64,000 nucleotides of DNA from Nitrospirota bacterium. GTDB lineage: Bacteria; Nitrospirota; UBA9217. Both the position numbers and the translations under genes were made by a program. The DNA lies in NCBI GenBank assembly GCA_963790205.1, contig CAWBNQ010000005.1, positions 448,001-512,000 of the forward strand, given 5' to 3'. Of this stretch, positions 10,055-19,759 are shown piece after piece. Each line of letters starts with the position of its first letter. Positions within the stretch are counted from its first letter, which is position 1. A model generated the notes under the pieces. That model did no database searches, had not been told where the DNA came from, and saw only the letters and a list, made by a program, of their open reading frames with translations.

Positions 10055-11263
10055 TTATTTTATGGTCGACCCCATCTGGAATATGGGCATGTACATAGCC
10101 ACGATCACGAAACCGACGGTAGTGCCTAAAAAGATCATGAGCATCGGTTCAAGCAAAGAAGTAAGGGTTGCCACTGCTGTATCAACCTCATCATCATAAA
10201 AATCCGCTATCTTGGAGAGCATATTGTCAAGCGCGCCCGTGGCTTCACCGACCGAAATCATTTGAGTAACCATGGGAGGAAAGACCTTGGACTTCGTGAG
10301 AGGCTCCGCAAGGGTCTTGCCTTCGCTCACACTTTGTCTGGTCGTAAGAATAGCTTCCTCTACAACCTTGTTGCCGGCTGTACGCGCCACAATCAGCAAC
10401 CCTTCCAGAATAGGCACACCACTCGTCATCAGGGTGCCGAGGGTCCGCGTAAACTTGGCAACCGAGACCTTTCTAATCAGGTCGCCCGCAACGGGCAGAT
10501 TCAACGCAATGGCATCAGTCACTTGTAAACCTTTTAGGGTTTTTCTCCATTGCTTCACGCCGACGATGGAACCCACAAGAACGACTAAAACGCTCAACCC
10601 TCCCCAACCTTTCAGAAAGTTACTCAGTATGATCACGATGCGGGTCGGCAAAGGCAGCGCCTGCCCCGCCTCGGCAAACATGGCTGCCAGCATGGGGACC
10701 ACAATAACAAGCAGGAGGGCCACCACGGCAACGGCCACAAAAAGAATAACCGCCGGGTAGATCATCGCGGATTTGATCTGTTTCTTTATCTTTGCGAACT
10801 TTTCCATGTAAGTGGCCAATCTCTGGAGAATCGTGTCCAGAATCCCGCCAGCTTCCCCTGCCGCCACCATGTTCACATAGAGATTGTCGAAGACCTTGGG
10901 GTGCTTCTTAAGCGCCTCCGCAAAGGTGGACCCGCTTTCAACATCGGTCCTTACCTGGACCACGGTCTTTGCAAGGGTCGCGTTTTCCGTCTGGGCGCCG
11001 AGGATATCAAGGCACTGTACCAGCGGCAAACCTGCATCGATCATGGTGGCCAACTGCCGCGTAAAAATAACAACATCCTTATCAGTTACCTTCGGCGCTC
11101 CAAAACTTAACTTTATCTCCTTCGCTTTTGCCGACACATTCATCGGGAGAATATTCTGTTTGCGAAGAAGCGCAAGGACTTCTTCCTTGTTGCTGGCTGA
11201 AAGTTCGCCTTTCTGGACTGCTCCCTGGCGTGTTTTTCCTTCCCATATAAATACGGTTGCCAT
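10055..11263 (-). CDS. pilC: Type IV pilus platform protein
   Basis: FTRQLATMIDAGLPL, AGEAGGILD and GEATGALDNML. Confidence 0.95.
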   Translation of the reverse strand: MATVFIWEGKTRQGAVQKGELSASNKEEVLALLRKQNILPMNVSAKAKEIKLSFGAPKVTDKDVVIFTRQLATMIDAGLPLVQCLDILGAQTENATLAKTVVQVRTDVESGSTFAEALKKHPKVFDNLYVNMVAAGEAGGILDTILQRLATYMEKFAKIKKQIKSAMIYPAVILFVAVAVVALLLVIVVPMLAAMFAEAGQALPLPTRIVIILSNFLKGWGGLSVLVVLVGSIVGVKQWRKTLKGLQVTDAIALNLPVAGDLIRKVSVAKFTRTLGTLMTSGVPILEGLLIVARTAGNKVVEEAILTTRQSVSEGKTLAEPLTKSKVFPPMVTQMISVGEATGALDNMLSKIADFYDDEVDTAVATLTSLLEPMLMIFLGTTVGFVIVAMYMPIFQMGSTIK

Positions 11264-11297
11264 GTTCACCTCACCACTGATCTATAAAATAGCAGTT

Positions 11298-12401
11298 TTA
11301 GCGGTAATCCTTTTGAACGGTTTGGCTGCCGGCGAGCCCTGACCTTCCGAGCATCTGGATGAGCTCTTCTACAACCGAGGACCGTCCGATGCAATCGTCG
11401 TAGGAAATCAATTTTCTGACATAGAGATCGTACAGGCTCTGGTTCAACGTCTGCATGCCGAACTTGGACTGGCCGGTCTGCATCGTCGAATAAATTTGAT
11501 GAATCTTGTCTTCCCGTATGAGATTACGGATAGCGGAGTTCGGTACCAGTACTTCAAGTGCGAGCATGCGCCCGCCGCCGATTTTCGGTATAAGCTGCTG
11601 GGACATGATGCCTTCGAGGACGAACGATAATTGCGCCCGTACCTGCGATTGCTGGTGGGGCGGAAAGACATCGATAATACGGTTCATGGTCTGTGCGGCT
11701 GAGTTGGTATGAAGCGTAGCAAAGGTCAGGTGGCCGGTTTCAGCAATGGTCAGGGCCGCTTCAATGGTCTCAAGGTCCCTCATTTCACCCACCAGCACCA
11801 CATCGGGGTCCTGGCGCAGAATATATTTAAGCGCATCCTTGAACGACTTCGTGTCCGCATTTACTTCACGTTGGTTCACCAGACACTTTTTATGAGGATG
11901 GAGGTATTCTATAGGATCTTCGACCGTTATAATATGCTCCTGCCGCTCACTGTTGATCTTGTCGATCATCGAGGCAAGAGTGGTGGATTTGCCGCTGCCC
12001 GTGGGCCCGGTGACGAGCACAAGGCCCCGCGGTTTGTTGCACAGATCAGAAACGACCTCCGGCAAACCGAGTTCTTTAAATGTTTTTATTTTGAATGGAA
12101 TGGTCCTGATGGCCGCTGCAACGGCCCCGCGCTGCATGAAGATATTCGCGCGAAACCGGGACAGGTTCTTGACGCCGAACGAAAGATCGAGCTCGTTATT
12201 TTCCTCGAATTTGTGCTTCTGCGCATCGGTCAGGATGCTGTAACAGAGGTCCTTGGTTTGAGTTCCGCTCAGCGGCTCCAGCCCGGGGATTGGCTTCATC
12301 TTGCCGTCGACCCGTATGGACGGCGCTATTCCCGTCGTGACATGAAGATCGGATGCGCCTTTTTCTATCATGTACTTGAGCAGATCGTGCAAATTAGCCA
12401 T
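11298..12401 (-). CDS. pilT: Type IV pilus retraction ATPase
   Basis: GPTGSGKSTT, LRQDPD and AIRNLIRE. Confidence 0.97.
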   Translation of the reverse strand: MANLHDLLKYMIEKGASDLHVTTGIAPSIRVDGKMKPIPGLEPLSGTQTKDLCYSILTDAQKHKFEENNELDLSFGVKNLSRFRANIFMQRGAVAAAIRTIPFKIKTFKELGLPEVVSDLCNKPRGLVLVTGPTGSGKSTTLASMIDKINSERQEHIITVEDPIEYLHPHKKCLVNQREVNADTKSFKDALKYILRQDPDVVLVGEMRDLETIEAALTIAETGHLTFATLHTNSAAQTMNRIIDVFPPHQQSQVRAQLSFVLEGIMSQQLIPKIGGGRMLALEVLVPNSAIRNLIREDKIHQIYSTMQTGQSKFGMQTLNQSLYDLYVRKLISYDDCIGRSSVVEELIQMLGRSGLAGSQTVQKDYR

Positions 12402-12440
12402 GGGAAGAACCCCTCACCTCTGAGATTGACGCTTTCATTG

Positions 12441-14291
12441 TTAGTTCGTCTGGTTGTCAGGGAATGTATTTTCGACTACTTCTTCGAGTGACGTCAATCC
12501 GGCTTTCACTTTCAGCAGCCCGCTCGCCCGGAGCGTTTTCATCCCCCCGGTGATGGCCTGCTTTTTAATATCAAAGACCGACGCTCCCTGCAGGATCAAT
12601 TCCTTGATCTCATCTTTGATCGGCATCACCTCGTAGAGCGCGACCCTGCCTTTGTATCCGGTCTTATTGCAGACATCGCAGCCTGTGCCTTTGTAGCTTA
12701 CGATCGTAGGGGCTTCTTCCGGCGTAAATCCGGCATCAATAAATATTTGGGCCGGAACTTTCTCCGGTTGTTTGCAGTTTTGACAGGCCCTGCGGACAAG
12801 CCGCTGGGCAACAATCAGAATAACTGCAGAAGACACGAGGAACGGCTCAACTCCCATATTGAGCATGCGGTTGATCGTGCTCGGGGCGTCGTTTGTATGG
12901 AGCGTCGTGAGCACGAGATGCCCCGTGAGCGCGGCCTTCACCCCGATCTCCGCCGTTTCATAGTCTCGTGTCTCTCCCACCATGATGATATCCGGGTCCT
13001 GGCGAAGAAAGGAGCGCAGTGCGGCGGCAAAGTTGAGGCCGATCTCGTCCTTCATCTGCACCTGATTGATTCCCATCAGATTGAATTCGACCGGGTCCTC
13101 GGCGGTCATGATATTTTCGGAATCCGTGTTCAGCTCGGAGAGCGCCGAGTACAGGGTCGTCGTCTTTCCGCTTCCCGTGGGGCCCGTCACCAAAACCATG
13201 CCGAAGGGCCTGCCCAGGGCATCTTTAAAATCCTTCAGCTGGTCCTCATCGAACCCAAGCTTTGTCATGTCGAGCTGCAGGTTCGACTTGTCGAGCAGCC
13301 GCATGACGATCTTTTCTCCGAAGAGGGTGGGGAGGACCGAAACCCGGAAGTCCATGACCTTGTTTTTGCCCATCTTCATCTTGATCCTGCCGTCCTGGGG
13401 AAGACGCCGCTCGGCGATATCGAGCGACGCCATGATCTTGCAACGGGAAATAATGGCATTCCTGATCTTAAGCGGAAGCCCCATCACGGTATTCAGAACT
13501 CCGTCAAGGCGGTACCGGACCCTGAACTTTTTTTCATAGGGCTCGATGTGAATATCGCTCACTCCCATATTTGCCGCTCGGAGCAGAATCCCGTTTACGA
13601 GCTTGACGATCGGCGCCTCAACCTCGGCCGAAAGCTTGTCAAGACCTTCCTCTTCAACGAGTTCGAGCGTATCTACCGCGCCATGGACGAGTTGGTCGAA
13701 GTCTTCAACGTCCACGATCCCGCCGGTGTCGATATCGTCAACAAAGGTATCTTCGGCATCTTCATCGAAAGCATAGTCCTTTGCATCAAGACTGATTTTT
13801 TTGTCTGCTTTCGAGGCGGCCCCGCTTCCGCCCACCCCTTTGGCCGTAACCAGGGACTTGGCGGCGCCGTAATATTTTTTGATCGCGTCGATGATCGCGC
13901 CCTCGGTGGCTACCACGGCTTCGACGTTGTAGCCGGTCATGAACTTGATATCGTCGATAGCGAAAATATTGGAGGGGTCCACCATGGCAATGGTGATCGT
14001 AGCGCCGGCCCGGTTGATCGGCATGATCCGGTATTTCTGGGCAACATCAGCGGGAATATGTTTGATCACGGCCGGGTTGATTTCGAATTTGCTCAAGTCT
14101 ACATAGGGGACTCCGTACTGCTTGCTCAGAAAAGTCATCAACTTGTCTTCCGGGACAAAACCGAGCTTTACCAGCAGGGAACCCAAGCGTCCCCCCTCGG
14201 CTTTTTGAGCAGCAAGCGCCTTTTTGAGCTGTTCATCTGTAATCAGGCCCGACGACACCAGCATTGCGCCGAGCCTTCCTGACATGGCCAT
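12441..14291 (-). CDS. pilB: Type IV pilus extension ATPase with MshEN domain
   Basis: RRLPQDGR, GPTGSGKTTT, tetra-Cys CQNC...CDVC and tandem N-terminal RLG repeats. Confidence 0.96.
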   Translation of the reverse strand: MAMSGRLGAMLVSSGLITDEQLKKALAAQKAEGGRLGSLLVKLGFVPEDKLMTFLSKQYGVPYVDLSKFEINPAVIKHIPADVAQKYRIMPINRAGATITIAMVDPSNIFAIDDIKFMTGYNVEAVVATEGAIIDAIKKYYGAAKSLVTAKGVGGSGAASKADKKISLDAKDYAFDEDAEDTFVDDIDTGGIVDVEDFDQLVHGAVDTLELVEEEGLDKLSAEVEAPIVKLVNGILLRAANMGVSDIHIEPYEKKFRVRYRLDGVLNTVMGLPLKIRNAIISRCKIMASLDIAERRLPQDGRIKMKMGKNKVMDFRVSVLPTLFGEKIVMRLLDKSNLQLDMTKLGFDEDQLKDFKDALGRPFGMVLVTGPTGSGKTTTLYSALSELNTDSENIMTAEDPVEFNLMGINQVQMKDEIGLNFAAALRSFLRQDPDIIMVGETRDYETAEIGVKAALTGHLVLTTLHTNDAPSTINRMLNMGVEPFLVSSAVILIVAQRLVRRACQNCKQPEKVPAQIFIDAGFTPEEAPTIVSYKGTGCDVCNKTGYKGRVALYEVMPIKDEIKELILQGASVFDIKKQAITGGMKTLRASGLLKVKAGLTSLEEVVENTFPDNQTN

Positions 14292-14325
14292 GGGGAACTC
14301 CTTGAAAAAAGTCTAAATGTAATTA

Positions 14326-14354
14326 ATATTACTTTAATACTACCAGTATGTCAA
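14326..14354 (-). promoter_or_regulatory. Sigma70 promoter of the pilB operon
   Basis: TTGACA-N17-TAATAT. Confidence 0.65.
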
Positions 14355-14382
14355 GAACAGACCGGGTGCTTTTGACCCCTGT

Positions 14383-15234
14383 TCACCGGATGCCGATCTG
14401 CCTCATAAGCGCGCTTTTCATGACAGAAACCGGCGCCTTATCCCCCGTCCAAATCTCGAAAGCAATCACTCCCTGGAACAGAAGCATGCCGAGACCGGCA
14501 AGTCTTTTTGCCTTCCGGGCTTTCGCAGCCTTGAGAAAGTGCGTTTCAGGCGGATTATAGACCAGATCGCAGACCAATTGGTGTTTGTGAATGCAGTCGC
14601 CAGGCAGCGGCAGCGGATCACTTCTCTTCAAACCGAGCGGTGTAGCATTGATCAGGCAGCCGGCCCCGGCAGCGTGAGCGGCGAGCGCCTCTCGGTCTAT
14701 TGTTCCGGTGTCAACACCGGTTTTTTCTTTGATATCCTGCGCGAGAAGGTCGGCTTTTTGCATATCGATATCGCAAATAATAATTTTTTTAGCGCCTGCC
14801 AGTGCAAGACTAAATCCGACTGCACGGGCCGCACCGCCTGATCCGATAAAAAGAAATTTCTCCCCGCGAGGGTCAAATTTTGCCTGTTCCTTCAGCGAAC
14901 GCAAAAAACCCCTGCCGTCGGTATTGTGACCGATCAATCTCCCCTCCTTCACTTCGATGGTGTTGACCGCACCAATGAGCTGCGCTTCTTCGGAGAGGTC
15001 GTCGAGGTAGGGTATGATCTTCTCTTTGTGAGGCACCGTGATATTCAACCCGCAGAGACCGAGGGGGATCAATGCCTTGGCCGCATCGACGAGATGGTCG
15101 GGATGAACTGCGAATGGCACATAGCATGCATCCATGCCAAGCTTTTTAAATGCCGCGTTATGCATTCCCGGAGAAAAGGTGTGCTCCACCGGATATCCGA
15201 ATATTCCGTATATCTTCGTTTTTCCCGAAATCAT
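14383..15234 (-). CDS. aroE: Shikimate dehydrogenase
   Basis: HTFSPGMHN, NITVPHKE, GAVNT, NTDG and GSGGAARA. Confidence 0.96.
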   Translation of the reverse strand: MISGKTKIYGIFGYPVEHTFSPGMHNAAFKKLGMDACYVPFAVHPDHLVDAAKALIPLGLCGLNITVPHKEKIIPYLDDLSEEAQLIGAVNTIEVKEGRLIGHNTDGRGFLRSLKEQAKFDPRGEKFLFIGSGGAARAVGFSLALAGAKKIIICDIDMQKADLLAQDIKEKTGVDTGTIDREALAAHAAGAGCLINATPLGLKRSDPLPLPGDCIHKHQLVCDLVYNPPETHFLKAAKARKAKRLAGLGMLLFQGVIAFEIWTGDKAPVSVMKSALMRQIGIR

Positions 15235-16526
15235 TGTTTGGCCCTCCCTTTCCCGCGCAACACTGCTATGAGATCCCTGAAGCCATCCACCCTGAAAACC
15301 TTCGTCTTCAGATGTCGCGCCAGCTCTTCAACACTCATATCGTCGAGGAATATATCCCCGTCTTCTTTCAGTGCGCTTGACGGGATCAGCACCATATCAC
15401 CAAGCGGTTTTCCCTTGAGCGCATGCAGAATATCTCCGCCGGTCAACAACCCGGTTACCGTGACGGAAGGGCCGAAAAATCTGTTTTTCACGGTGATCTG
15501 CTTCACCGACGCCCCTTTCATCCCCCGGAGACGCTTCAGAACGTTGCTCAGGATTTTACTGAACGAAACACCGGTAACCACCGTTGCCCTGACCGGAGCG
15601 ATCGTTGCGGGAAGCCGGGTGCGGGAGACCTCTCCCATAAAGGTCGCGACCAGCCCCACTCCGTTCTCGATCTGGGGAAAATCCTCGTAAAATGAGGAAG
15701 GCGGGAATTGTTCGTTCGCTTTGATGTAGAATTCGTCGGAAGCGAAAACGAGACGGGTCCCAAACCGCTTTTTAAACCTTCTCGCAAGCGGCTCGATGAG
15801 CTCAAGCACAGCACGCGCTTCCTGCCGCGAAAATGTCCTGAGCGGGAACAAGTCTCCTCTGAACCTCGTAATCCCGACGGGGACGACCGCAATGGAACAG
15901 ACGGCCGGAAAAAGCCCGGCGAGATCGGCAATCGTCCGTTTCAGGTGTTCCTCGTCGTTTATCCCGGGACATAAAACGACCTGAGTATGCATCTTGATTC
16001 CGCCTGAGGCAAGCCGTTTCAAGCTCTCCAGAATATCGGGAGCTTTTGTATTACGCAGCAGGGAAGCCCGGAGACCGGCATCGGTCGTATGAACAGAAAT
16101 ATAGAGGGGGCTCAGCCGCAGCCTGAATATCCGTTCCCAGTCGGATTCTGAAAGCGCGCCGAGAGTTATGAAATTCCCGTGTAAAAAGGAAGCGCGGAAA
16201 TCATCGTCTTTTACATACAAGGTTTTACGGCAGCCGGGAGGCATCTGATCAACGAAGCAGAAAATGCACTTATTGCGGCATCGCTTGATGCGGAGCGGAG
16301 CAAAGTCAAGCCCCAGATTGTCGTCAGGTTCCTTGCTGACCTTTAGTTTTATTATGCTGCCGGTTTTTTTTTGTACTGCAAGAGAGAGTCGCTCATCAGC
16401 CGCGAAAAATCTGAAATCGATAACATCGTGGATCTCTTCCCCGTTTATGGAAACGACCGCGTCTCCCGGTTTCAATCCCAGCCGCGACGCCGTACTTCCC
16501 GGCAGGACGTTGATAATCTCAAGCAA
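15231..16526 (-). CDS. PDZ + putative radical SAM (DUF512 family) Fe-S protein
   Basis: CRNKCIFC (CxxxCxxC) followed by FVDQMP, LYVKDDD and QIENGVG; TTG start directly after the upstream TGA. Confidence 0.85.
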   Translation of the reverse strand: MLEIINVLPGSTASRLGLKPGDAVVSINGEEIHDVIDFRFFAADERLSLAVQKKTGSIIKLKVSKEPDDNLGLDFAPLRIKRCRNKCIFCFVDQMPPGCRKTLYVKDDDFRASFLHGNFITLGALSESDWERIFRLRLSPLYISVHTTDAGLRASLLRNTKAPDILESLKRLASGGIKMHTQVVLCPGINDEEHLKRTIADLAGLFPAVCSIAVVPVGITRFRGDLFPLRTFSRQEARAVLELIEPLARRFKKRFGTRLVFASDEFYIKANEQFPPSSFYEDFPQIENGVGLVATFMGEVSRTRLPATIAPVRATVVTGVSFSKILSNVLKRLRGMKGASVKQITVKNRFFGPSVTVTGLLTGGDILHALKGKPLGDMVLIPSSALKEDGDIFLDDMSVEELARHLKTKVFRVDGFRDLIAVLRGKGRAKQ

Positions 16527-16961
16527 TCATCCGCTCCTCTTGGACGCGAACATAAAATCGACATAGCCGACGATCTGCGTCCTCGCCTCATCGGAAACCT
16601 GCCTGAATTTTCTCAGTACCTGGATTTCGTCGGAACTCACGATTTTCTCGAGATAGTTACACTGCTCTTCCGAAAGCGGAAATTTCCGCTTTCCTCGCCT
16701 GAATTTCGACTGCGAGGGAGAAAGGAAAAAACCTTTCACCTCAGCGGGGACCTTCTCCTGGTGCGCTGACAGGATCAAGACCGATTTGTCCAGGCCCAGT
16801 TTGTTCGCAATCATCATGAGGGTTTTATCCTTCGGTATATGCCCCTTATTAATAGTGACCCGCAGGAGTTCAGGACTTATCCCGAGGATCTTTGATGCAT
16901 CTTTCAGATTGCGAAAACCTTTTTTTTCAAGCGCCTGCCTGATCATATCGGATATTTTCAT
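16527..16961 (-). CDS. Putative HTH (Xre-like) transcriptional regulator
   Basis: 144 aa; NLKDASKILGISPELLRVTINKGHIP is helix-turn-helix-like; SD GGGAGG. Confidence 0.65.
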   Translation of the reverse strand: MKISDMIRQALEKKGFRNLKDASKILGISPELLRVTINKGHIPKDKTLMMIANKLGLDKSVLILSAHQEKVPAEVKGFFLSPSQSKFRRGKRKFPLSEEQCNYLEKIVSSDEIQVLRKFRQVSDEARTQIVGYVDFMFASKRSG

Positions 16962-17010
16962 TATAGTTTGCCTCCCTCAATATACATGAGCGACACTCGA
17001 ATTCATACTA

Positions 17011-18212
17011 GTACATTGTCAAATTAGTTCTTGCTAGTTAATGCTTTTCATGGCATACTCTTCCGTAAGGAGGTGTCCATGAGCCAAAAACAGTTTCTGG
17101 TCCAACTGAACGAACAGGAACGTCACCGGTTGCAACAGATCGTGCGGTCAGGCAAACACAAAGCGCGCAAAATCGCCCGATGCCGCGTCTTATTACTGGC
17201 TGATGGACCCACGGGCAAGACAGATCAAGAGATCTCCGATGCCTTGAACATCTGCCTGGCCACGATATTCAATATCAGGCGGCGTTACTCTCAGGAGGGA
17301 TTAGAACGCGCCATAGGTGAAGGGGCACGTTCCGGTCAGCCTCCGAAATTCAAAGGGAGAGCCTCAGCCAAGATCACGGCGATAGCTTGCAGCACTCCGC
17401 CGGACGGTCAAGCCCGCTGGACTTTGCGATTATTGGCTGATCGCATTGTAGAACTCAAGATCGTCGAGTCCATATCGCATCAAAGCGTAAGTAACATTCT
17501 AAAAAAAACGAACTCAAACCGCACTTAAAGAAACAATGGTGCATAGGGCTGATCACGGCTGAGTATCTCTGGCGCATGGAACAGGTTTTGGATATTTATG
17601 AACGCCCGTATGATCCGGATTATCCCGTTGTCTGTTTTGACGAACGGCCCTGTCAGCTCTTGGGCGATGTCCTGATGCCGATCCCCATGAAGCCTGGTCG
17701 GGTGGAGCGTCAGGATTATGAGTATAAGCGCAACGGAACCTGCGTGGTACTCATGGCCGTTGAACCGTTAGCCGGTCGCCGTGTTATAACAGTTACAGAA
17801 CGGAGAACCAAAAAAGATTACGCCGAATTTATGAAGGCATTAGCGGCGTCGTATCCGGAAGCCGAAAAAATCGTTCTGGTTCAGGACAACCTGAACACGC
17901 ATAATCCTTCATCGTTCTATGAAGCCTTTCCAGCCGCCGAAGCGTTTGCTTTGGCGCAGCGCTTTGAAATGGTTTATACGCCCAAGAAAGCCAGTTGGCT
18001 GAACATGGCCGAGATTGAATTGTCAGCTCTATCCAAGCAATGCCTGGACAGACGCATTGCCGAGATGAAGACGTTAGCCGCACAAGTAGGCAGCTGGACA
18101 AAACAGCGCAACCGGCTCAAAGCAGGCATTTCCTGGAACTTTACAAAGAACGATGCTCGAAACAAATTGAGCCGGCACTACGATACTATTAATAATTAAG
18201 TTTACAATGTAC
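17011..18212 (+). mobile_element. IS630-family insertion sequence, 1202 bp
   Basis: Terminal IRs GTACATTGTCAAATTAGTT / GTACATTGTAAACTTAATT (16/19 match); TA duplication at 17009-17010 and 18213-18214; empty site CTAG. Confidence 0.93.
17079..18199 (+). CDS. IS630 transposase, two ORFs joined by a -1 frameshift
   Basis: OrfA (ATG 17079, SD AAGGAGG, HTH, ARWTLRLLA) ends at 17528; A8C at 17501-17509; the -1 frame reads KKNELKPHLKKQWC into the DDE domain (CFDE, QDNLNTH, SWLNMAEIE). Confidence 0.92.
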
Positions 18213-18263
18213 TAGTTATTGCCTCGCTGCCCGTTTCTTCTGACGAGTTCAATATTCCCCGAA

Positions 18264-18800
18264 TTACCCGACCATCTTAATGCCTCTCAAAACGTACTGC
18301 ATGCCGGATGCTATCGTGACACCGGCCGTGGCCCACTGCAGAACGGTCATGATCCCCATTTCAGCCCCATAGTTCATCAGAACCAGTGACAGCGTCACCA
18401 CGATAAGCTGCATAAGCGTCGTCAGCTTACCGATCAAAGACGGCTGGATCTTCAGCGTATGGGTCATGACATAAATGATCAGGCTGCCCATGGCAAGAAT
18501 CGCATCCCTGCTCACCACAATGATGACCAGCCATACCGGCAATTTTCCGAGAAACACCAGAGTTACAAAAGCCGAAAGGATAAGCAGCTTGTCGGCCATA
18601 GGATCAAGGAACGCGCCCAGCTCTGTCTTCTTCCCCGTAAGCCGGGCGATCATGCCGTCAAGCGCATCGGTTACGCCGGCTACCACAAAGACCAGGAGAG
18701 CCTCCCGGTAGTATCCGTAGATCATAAGGTTTATAAAAAACGGAATCAGTATCACCCTGAAGAGGGTGATATAATTGGGCAGGTTCACGGCTAACTCCAT
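18264..18800 (-). CDS. pgsA: CDP-alcohol phosphatidyltransferase (PgsA-like)
   Basis: NLPNYITLFR and TDALDGMIAR...GAFLDPMADK; start is ATG 18800 or GTG 18788; the longer ORF call runs through the tRNA and is not credible. Confidence 0.85.
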   Translation of the reverse strand: MELAVNLPNYITLFRVILIPFFINLMIYGYYREALLVFVVAGVTDALDGMIARLTGKKTELGAFLDPMADKLLILSAFVTLVFLGKLPVWLVIIVVSRDAILAMGSLIIYVMTHTLKIQPSLIGKLTTLMQLIVVTLSLVLMNYGAEMGIMTVLQWATAGVTIASGMQYVLRGIKMVG

Positions 18801-18952
18801 CGTAGTGACGAACAAAAAATATGGTACAATGATAACATATTTACTTGTATAGTCAACCTTTTTCTTTTTGGTTTTCTGGGATTCTCGTGTTTCATGAATA
18901 GGTTGATTGACGGAAAAGCAGAAAAGCATATGAGCAGAACGATACACGAGAG

Positions 18953-19027
18953 TGGAGCCGGCGAGTGGGATTGAACCACCGACCTGCTGATTACGAATCA
19001 GCTGCTCTACCACTGAGCTACGCCGGC
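18953..19027 (-). tRNA. tRNA-Thr(CGT)
   Basis: GCCGGCGTAGCTCAGTGGTAGAGCAGCTGATT-CGT-AATCAGCAGGTCGGTGGTTCAATCCCACTCGCCGGCTCCA; cloverleaf with encoded CCA. Confidence 0.97.
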
Positions 19028-19063
19028 ACTGAACAGATTACGGCAGGTTGCAGGAGACCGTTG

Positions 19064-19093
19064 TTTATACAATAATTCAGCTTAGTATGTCAA
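19064..19093 (-). promoter_or_regulatory. Sigma70 promoter of tRNA-Thr
   Basis: TTGACA-N18-TATAAA. Confidence 0.65.
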
Positions 19094-19206
19094 GGTTATT
19101 TTACCTTCTGCTCTTGCGGCGCTGGAATAAAGACGGGAATGCAAAGAGAGAGTGCTGCCTACATGATCGGTTTCAGTGACGGCATGGTCCTCGACACTCG
19201 ATAGAA

Positions 19207-19512
19207 TCAAGTCGCGAGGCCGGGGGAACCGTGTGAACGGATGCCCTTCGGATTGTCAGGATGGTTCGGATTCTCCGCTACCCTGCCGATGGCCTCGACC
19301 ACCGCAGTTTCAACCATGAGCCATGGAGAACCGGTTTCCATCTTTTCTTCCTTGTCGACGTAATAGTGAGGAGGCAAATAGTTCAACGCTATGGCCGTGA
19401 TGTCGTTCATGCACCTTGGACAAGAACAGACATTGGAGTATCGTTCTTTTAAAAATCTGTCCATGACGGCTGTGACGCGTTCATAGTTCGCATTTTTTAC
19501 GCTAAAATCCAT
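19207..19512 (-). CDS. ComFB-family protein
   Basis: KNANYERV, CSCPRCMNDITAIALNYLPPHY and AIGRVAENPNH match the ComFB pattern. Confidence 0.85.
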   Translation of the reverse strand: MDFSVKNANYERVTAVMDRFLKERYSNVCSCPRCMNDITAIALNYLPPHYYVDKEEKMETGSPWLMVETAVVEAIGRVAENPNHPDNPKGIRSHGSPGLAT

Positions 19513-19542
19513 ATCCCCTCACAAAACCATTTTATCATAAAA

Positions 19543-19568
19543 TAATATTTTTTTGCAAAAAAATATTA
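19543..19568. promoter_or_regulatory. Perfect 26-bp palindrome upstream of the ComFB-like gene
   Basis: TAATATTTTTTTGCAAAAAAATATTA. Confidence 0.5.
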
Positions 19569-19759
19569 GATAATGGTCAACAAATAAGCGCATGCGCATA
19601 ATGATTGATTTACCTGTGACTCGATGCGAAATCAATAGGGGCGCTGTGCGAGGGGATCAATGTGAACTGGGTCCACCGGACCTTCTCCCCCGTAGATCAG
19701 ACCATAACAGTTGTTTATCCCGTTGTTTTTTATTCATGATTGGTTTATACTCGTCGATT

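Noticed and set aside
12747..14282. Long antisense ORFs (511 aa here; also 1715-2965, 3819-4766, 27888-28787, 33190-34167 and 49649-50626)
   Set aside because: Shadows of well-supported genes on the other strand in GC-rich DNA; no recognisable motifs
16979..17022. Hybrid promoter from the IS630 outward TTGACA
   Set aside because: No acceptable -10 at 16-18 bp spacing (CGAGTG at 17); TATATT is 32 bp away
18801..19013. N-terminal extension of the pgsA ORF
   Set aside because: Runs through tRNA-Thr and the pgsA promoter region; translation of non-coding sequence
18953..19027. tRNA-Thr or tRNA-Pro as prophage/island attachment sites
   Set aside because: No integrase, and no duplicated tRNA 3' end was seen in the window
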